DNA of 64,000 nt from Tubiluchus corallicola (lineage: Eukaryota > Animalia > Priapulida): positions 248,001 to 312,000 of the forward strand of contig JAQGDQ010000250.1 in assembly GCA_030141605.1 (NCBI GenBank), written 5' to 3'. The position numbers were made by a program, and so were the translations under genes. How positions within the stretch are numbered: position 1 is the first letter of the stretch; each line of letters starts with the position of its first letter. Below, piece by piece: positions 13,701-64,000 of this stretch. A model generated the notes under the pieces. The model saw only the letters and a list, made by a program, of their open reading frames with translations, did no database searches and was not told where the DNA came from.

Positions 13701-16633
13701 GTTCACAACAAATGGCAAAACTTCACTGACTCAATGCTGACTCACTAGAAAACACACTTATAATGTTGTTGATAACAAACAGTAATTTATACTTTTGCTT
13801 AGTTAGCAAAGAGTGTGCAACAAATACTCTGATGATTTTTTTCAATTTTTATGCATTGTTGTCTAAACTTGTTTCAAACAACCAACCATTAAAATGGCTG
13901 CACCGAAAGGTCATCGTGAGAGTTTAGATTTTAAAGTTTCATACCAACTCTAAGCACAATAAGGCAGTATGTAGGTGATACAAAATTTCAAGCTTTATGT
14001 AAGCAGGGGGTTTCCTGTGTTTCAGGCATTTAATATATACGCATGTATAATAATAATAATTATTATTATTATTATTATTATTATAATAAATTCGTTTAGC
14101 ACAAAAATAATACCTTAATACCTAAATAATACCTATAAATATCCTAAAATAACACCTTAAGTAGCTCAATACTTATTTTTAAGGTGGTCCAGATCATTAT
14201 TACCCGCAAGTTACTTCTATAAATATGAGTGCCTGGTCGAAGAACCAGCAATACCATTTTTCAAGTCCTACAACCTCCAAGGTGATAAGTGAGCATGCTA
14301 CCACCGAGCTACACCACCCGGTTTAATCATAAAGAAAAGACTGAATGATTATAATTATATAATTATATTACAATGCAAGAAATCAACACTGATCTCAGCT
14401 GTCGCGAGAGCTGATAACCATGGATGAACGCCACCTTTGTTATTAGTTACTTTCTTAGTGAGCAGATTCAGTCTGTGCAGTTTCACGTAAAGCCAAGTAT
14501 TAAATGAAGATCAAGAAGGTGCGTTGCCAAGGGTGAAGACTACTAAGTCTTTTCTTTATGTATGAACAATACATAAACTATATGCATTATGCTACCTTGA
14601 CATTTCAACTTTTTGCAGTAAATATTATAAGACTGTAAAGCTATATTATGAAGAACTTCCTACATCTAGAATGAGCAAAATTATATTAAGAGAGATTAGT
14701 ACAAATCATTAAACAGACTCTCCCAAAATTAGTACCACAGTACAAGCAGTAAAAGGCACTAGAGCCAGAACTGCGACAAAGTTAAATGCATTAGGCATTG
14801 GACTGCTTATGTTTCATAAGAATTTTCATTTCACTCACAGATGATTTAAACTGAAGAATCAAATAGTGGCAACATGTAATCCTAGCAAATAATCATAGTA
14901 ATCACTTCATACCCGAATTTTTTCCTGGTATACTGCATCATCGGAAGAGTATTCGGACTCAAGACATTTAAGGTGCTCAATTGGTCCAATTAGTGGAGTA
15001 GTTTTAGCTATCTAAAAAATTTAAAGACAGTTAGCAGGTAAACATAGTTAATACTTCATTATTAGTTTCTGACGGAATTAACCCACAAAATAATTAAACC
15101 AAATTAGGTCAAAAGAAAGAAAATGTAGAAAGCTGCGGCTCAGCCCGGATTCAAACCAAGATCCTGTAGAATACAAGTCCAAGGCCACAACCACTACACT
15201 GTGCAGCCCCTTAGATTCACATCACCAAGGCCTTGAACTTCTAATGGTCCCGGTTAAATCCCATCGTTTTTGCAGAACCTTCATTTGATTCTAGTATCAT
15301 TTCATGATCTCAATAGCAGCTTATTCTGTCATTAATTAACCATTTTTAATAGTGCATAATTGCAATCAAGCATTTCAACTTCATTAGGAGAAGTTGTAGT
15401 CTGGTATCAGCTTTCATATGACATTTTGTTTGTCCATATACTCTTCATCTTCTTTATAAAAAACCTGTTATCAGATGCATAGCTTTGTACTTTACAAAAA
15501 AACTAGATCTAACCTCTTTCTCAATCCGTCGTTCTTGTGCCAAAATGGCCTCATCTTGATTGTAAGCTATTAAGAAAAAATAAATTTTCAAAATAGTGTA
15601 ATGCATAATATCTATAAACATCTAAGAAGATGTAAATAGGAAAATGTAAGGAAAATAACTTGGCCTACAAGAATTATACAATCATTTATAGGCTCAATGG
15701 TAAATAAATGCAAGATTTCATTAAGCACATGATACATTACTTTGCAAAGCTAGGCAATTATCAATAATCTATGTCTAATACATACACCTGTAGAGTCCAG
15801 CAGTGGGACAAATAATAACATTGTTATCTACTCAAATAAAAATATTATAGAGTTAAGGCTAAATATAGCAAAAGGTAAACTAAACTAAAAAAACTCTTTT
15901 ATAAATGACATACCCAATGTGTGGGGATAAACAAGACATTGCACAGCATTTATTTTCATGTAAGATAAATGATAAAATCAAAGCTAATTATGCAGGAGTG
16001 TCAATGATGTTAAAAGTGAATGTAGTACTAGTAGTAGTAGTAGTGAAAAGGCTGTTTGAAGCACCAAGGTTTGGACAAGACGTTTTGGTTACAGAAAAAT
16101 TATAACTGGTGGGGAGTGGAATCCTTGCGTACACGAATGAAAGTTGCGAGGATGAATAATAAGTATTAAGGCTAAATAATACAGTTCATAAAAGCCTCCG
16201 CAAACAATTATCGTTTGTCCACACCAGTGGAGAGGGGCAGGAGTAATCACAGTAATCGCAGTATTCAGTACTGACAGTAGTAAACTAGCAGGTGATAAGT
16301 ATTTGGCTAAAGATCAAGCCAAGTTAGTTGATTAACAACTAAAGAATTAGGGCCAAAGACACTATAGCAACATTAACCCCTTTGTTATAATTATGAAAGA
16401 TCAAGCCCAAAAAGTTGAATAACAACTAGGGAATTACGGCCAAAGCAACTATAACAACATTAACTTCTTTGTTATAATCATGAACTCTGAATAATATCTA
16501 TTGTTACCAGCTACTAAAGAAATAAGCGGTATTAAATCCATATTATTAAATAGTTAAACTTACAGTCCAACCGGTGAAATTCCGCCTCTTTTATAACAGG
16601 TGCATCGGTAACATCATTTTCGTTCTCCGCCAT
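10743..16633 (-). CDS. OTUB1: Otubain-like ubiquitin thioesterase (OTU family, peptidase C65), spliced, 271 aa
   Basis: Exons (- strand) 16564-16633, 15514-15566, 14913-15011, 13392-13510, 12489-12573, 12224-12327, 11388-11478, 10743-10937; 816 nt, phases consistent. Contains the N-terminal DEAILAQERRIEKEI helix, the catalytic RKTRGDGNCFFRAF, EVEPMSKESDHIHI and the C-terminal LLYRPGHYDILY. Confidence 0.95.
12996..13232. repeat. Compound minisatellite built from catgacatgggt subunits (OTUB1 intron)
   Basis: About 4-5 higher-order units of gacatgggttgaaatgacacatgacatgggtcacatgggtctccgtcacat; explains the three overlapping repetitive ORFs at 12962-13267. Confidence 0.9.
13560..14035 (+). mobile_element. 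Partial third copy of the Kolobok-like dispersed repeat (OTUB1 intron)
   Basis: ttaaattatgtcccaaaaaactttcca...ctctgatgatttttt...ctaaacttgtttcaaa is colinear with 54860-55340. Confidence 0.6.
14047..14322 (-). mobile_element. tRNA-derived SINE, same family as 8149-8390, B-box region deleted
   Basis: Reverse complement aligns by eye: ccgggtggtgtagctcggtggtagcatgctc...gacttgaaaaatggtattgctggttctt...cttaaggtgttat, with a (taa/tta)n tail. Confidence 0.8.
15132..15210 (-). mobile_element. tRNA-like SINE head or tRNA pseudogene
   Basis: ggggctgcacagtgtagtggtt...ggtttgaatccgggc carries A/B-box-like motifs, but the stems are too degenerate for a functional tRNA. Confidence 0.45.
16311..16484. repeat. 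Tandem duplication, 2 x ~86 bp, OTUB1 intron 1
   Basis: aagatcaagcc...aacattaac..ctttgttataat occurs twice in tandem. Confidence 0.85.
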
Positions 16634-17339
16634 TTTGGTTGCCACTTAGAAACTTTCAAAAGCATTAAAACGCACCAAATACATTTCTCACGTGCCACAC
16701 TGCAGCATTTGGACGTAGTGAGGTAGCTTGTTGGAATGTATCTGTTGAAATGTGAGGTAGCTAAAAACTAAAAAATGTTGGAAATTGTGCAGTGTGCGAA
16801 GAAGATCTGTGTTCAATAAACACGCTCACATTAGTAAAAGTCAATGCTTGGATCAGACAAGCGATAAAATTGAGATAAATTATAGGGGTCATGTAGAAGT
16901 GTGATAAAAACAGCATGACAGGATACAGTTTTCTTTATGGCCTGCTTCTTTATGATGAGGTCTATACAGGAGCCTAATAGAAATATTAGTATAGCCACGG
17001 TGAATCGCACGAATTTGTCCAATCTTAGAAATGATTGTTGTTATAGTTCTGTATAATTATTTTTCTCTCGTTTCATTGCACTTTTGATTATTTTGCTTTA
17101 TCTTATTCTTTTGAATCTTACTTAAGTTATGTTTCGTTATATTTGTTTATTGTTTTTCTCAATGAGCTAGAATTATTGGACCGCAAATTTTGAATTACTT
17201 TTTTGCAGTATTTACTAAAATAATTATTGCATGGTCTACCATTCCCAATATGTCAACTTTCAGCAATAAATTTAAATGGAACTGAATTTGAAAAAAAGGT
17301 TTGTATTTGTTATAATCATTCCTATTTCATAATACTTTA

Positions 17340-17829
17340 TACTTCATAATACAAAAATCAGAATATTCTCAGCCTTAGTCGAAACTGTATTTCTGTATAA
17401 CTCTGTGCTCTGGACATTAAAAGCAAATCATAAAGCTGAAATCGATGGGTTTCAAAGGCGAAATTACAGAAACATTTTGGGTATTAGATGGCCAAAGAAA
17501 ATTTCAAACAAAGATCTATATGAAAAAATAAAAGAAGACCTTGGACAAGAAAAATAAAAAGACGACGTTTAAGATGGATTGGGCATATGCTTAGACTATC
17601 TGATGACGTTCCAGTGAAGATAGGTCTTCAACAAGCCATAGAACCTGCTAAAAAACCTGCAGGAAGACAAATGTTAACATACTTAAATTTTGCACAGAAA
17701 GATTTAAACATTTCAGCATTGATCCTTAGAAACAAATCCACTTGGGGCATTGCAGCGTGTAGGGAGTCCTGGCATAGAGAGGTGAGCAGAATCATGTCCC
17801 TGGACGTTTGATTCAGTGAAGAAGAAAAG
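17340..17829 (+). mobile_element. 5'-truncated RTE-like non-LTR retrotransposon
   Basis: Frameshifted C-terminal ORF LYNSVLWTL..FQRRNYRNILGIRWPKKISNKDLY..RRRLRWIGHMLRL..KKPAGRQ, (gaa)n tail, candidate 9-bp TSD aatacttta at 17331-17339 and 17830-17838. Confidence 0.85.
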
Positions 17830-18313
17830 AATACTTTAACGGAAGTGGTGCTGACAAGCCACTGGCGTAGCAGTGTCTAGTTTTTTTGCTGGATTACTGC
17901 TGCGTTTACCTGTCTGAAGGCAGATTTCTTTTATTTTAGAATTCTGCCTGCCCAATGTCTACAATAGACGTAACGGGCGTATGATGATGATGAATACTGC
18001 CACTACCATCACAGATAACAGAAGCCTGCTGAAAAACAAACTATATGTACAACACCAAACAGTTTAATATTAAAATGCCTCTACCTTTCTTATAAGGCAA
18101 GGCAATAGCTGCATTAACTGATGCCCCAGATAGAGAGTATCACACATTTATGACAGCCAGGTCCCTTATTTAAATGTTGTCATTAATGTTATGACAAAAC
18201 ATTGCAGATTAATAAGATTTTTGTCAATTTCAAGATCACTATGAATAAACTGACGAATAATTAGTAACACATTCAAAAATCACCAATATCTTGTTAAGTA
18301 GAGGTAAAATAAC

Positions 18314-18583
18314 TTTATTACTGCTTAAATTACAAAACTATACAACTTGTACAGAAAGAAAACTGATCATCGTAGCTCAAGCCATTTCGAAAAACAAGAA
18401 AGGCTTTGTGTGCATGATTTACCTCAAAAATGATCTCAAATGCTTGAATTTGAAAATGAGATCCTTACAGGAGCATATGTAATTAAAAAGGAATCTACAC
18501 CAATAAAAAAGACGATTTAACCAAGATGCTAAAAGCCACCTTTGAAAAATTAACAAGTTACAACAAATAAAAAGTAGTTTATT
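18314..18583 (-). terminator. Candidate USP34 polyadenylation signals (AATAAA at 18578-18583 and 18314-18319)
   Basis: tttatt on the + strand, with T/GT-rich downstream sequence on the - strand; no transcript evidence. Confidence 0.35.
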
Positions 18584-18889
18584 CTAATCATCTATCTATG
18601 AGAAAAGTAAAGTATAAATAAATATTAAACTTATAGATACTGGCAGTTTACGAAGCAATTCTTTCATATACAGTATACACGTATACAATCACATAATATT
18701 TACAATGAAAATTAAGAATGTGACATACAACATACAACATGCACAGGTGTACAGAGCAGTACAGAAAATTATCAACAGTTTCAGAATAGGCCATAATCAA
18801 AGTGAAGAAAAATTTTGCGCTAATTTACTAATACCAATCAGAGGTGGGTACAAGAACAAAACTTGTTCATACTTTTCTAGCACATATCT

Positions 18890-19310
18890 GGCTGACAATT
18901 TCAAAGTACTGAGTTTAATTTCCAGCTAAGTACAGCTTTTGCAGTAACACAATACTCCAAAGCACTATGAGCATTGAAATTTGCTTCTTTTAAAAAAAGG
19001 TTATTTCAATTCAATGCTGGATAAATCGAAATCAGATCCAACATATCTGAATTTGGCTGACCATTACAAAGTAACGAGTTTAATTTCTGGCTAAGTACTG
19101 CTTTTACAGTAACACCAGTACTTTAAGGCATTAAGAAGCATTAAAATTTATCACTTTAAAAAACGCTACATTTCAATTCCATGCTGGATAAATTGAAATT
19201 ACCTCCAATGTATCAAAATTTGATGTGACAATTAGAAAGTAATGAGTTTAAATTCTGGCTAAGTACGGCTTTTACACACAGCTTTAAGTCATTAGTAAAA
19301 TTAAAATTTA
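18890..19310. repeat. Diverged ~170-bp tandem repeat, about 2.5 copies, in the probable USP34 3' UTR
   Basis: gagtttaattt..gctaagtac.gctttt occurs three times and tttcaattc.atgctggataaat twice at ~170-bp spacing. Confidence 0.8.
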
Positions 19311-19755
19311 TTCATTTCAACTCACACCCAATGTATACAAAATCTGAATTACCTAATTCGGTACAGAGGGATGTGGCAATAGAATAAATCGCTGATAAAA
19401 TTAAATAAGCTTTTAAAGAAACTGAAAAAATACTAGACCTTAGTGAGAAAGTTGAAAATACGGGAAAGATATGCAGTATCCTGAAGAATGTAAAACTGTA
19501 TCTGCTGGACATTGAAATCATTCATGAGGAAACCTTTGATCATTTCCACAGTTTTTACCTGATCACTTTTAAAACACGTACCAAGTGTAATATCTTATAC
19601 TTCAAGATCCTTCTCATGTGGAAATCACAATAATAAAATGCTCCTGCCTTTCCAGTAATGATATCTACATCTTGAATGTGTTTAGAAAACAGTGAAGCCA
19701 TCAGGGCAAAAGATTCAAGCAGACAACGTCAGCTGACGCACGGCTACAGTATGAG

Positions 19756-63703
<43,948 letters not shown>

Positions 63704-64000
63704 CTGCAACACAGATGAACCAGCATTATAAATTTCATTTTTGCAATGCAAAGTTGTCAAAATAATCTCTTTAAACTTTTCTAAAGCAACTGAACATAAT
63801 TGCAAAAAACAAAACAGGATAAATGTACATATCTGTCAGTTATAAAATCTTGTCCATGCTACAGACAAATATGAAACAAATGTACATTAACTGCACTGAT
63901 GTGAATTAAACCCCATATCAAGATTCTACGAATGAGTACCAACTAGCAACAGGCTTTAATTCTTTTTTACCTATTATAATTAATGAAAAAACTTGATTCA

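Noticed and set aside
15132-15210. Functional tRNA gene
   Set aside because: A/B-box-like motifs are present but the cloverleaf stems are broken; treated as a SINE head or pseudogene.

Overview
AT-rich, intron-rich animal (probably invertebrate) genomic DNA; it is not prokaryotic, so most short ORFs in the track are exon read-throughs or noise. Three spliced genes could be assembled by hand with GT-AG boundaries and consistent phases. IFT43 is on the + strand (3525-8700, 9 exons plus a candidate cassette exon). The OTU deubiquitinase OTUB1 is on the - strand (10743-16633, 8 exons, 271 aa). The 3' part of the large deubiquitinase USP34 is on the - strand (19756 to beyond 64000; 51 exons visible, about 2262 aa including the catalytic Cys and His boxes). 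Introns carry SINEs, truncated non-LTR elements (RTE, L2/CR1-like, Penelope-like), MITEs, fold-back hairpins and micro/minisatellites. The most unusual signal is that splice sites themselves have been tandemly amplified. There is a 23 x 34-bp array of a complete USP34 3' splice site, an 8 x 35-bp array of a USP34 donor whose units read GT...CAG (recursive-splice-like), a decayed ~40-bp acceptor array, and a duplicated IFT43 exon end/donor. In both young arrays, use of any decoy site puts a stop codon immediately in frame. Family assignments rest on recognised motifs and recalled vertebrate orthologue sequence, not on database searches.
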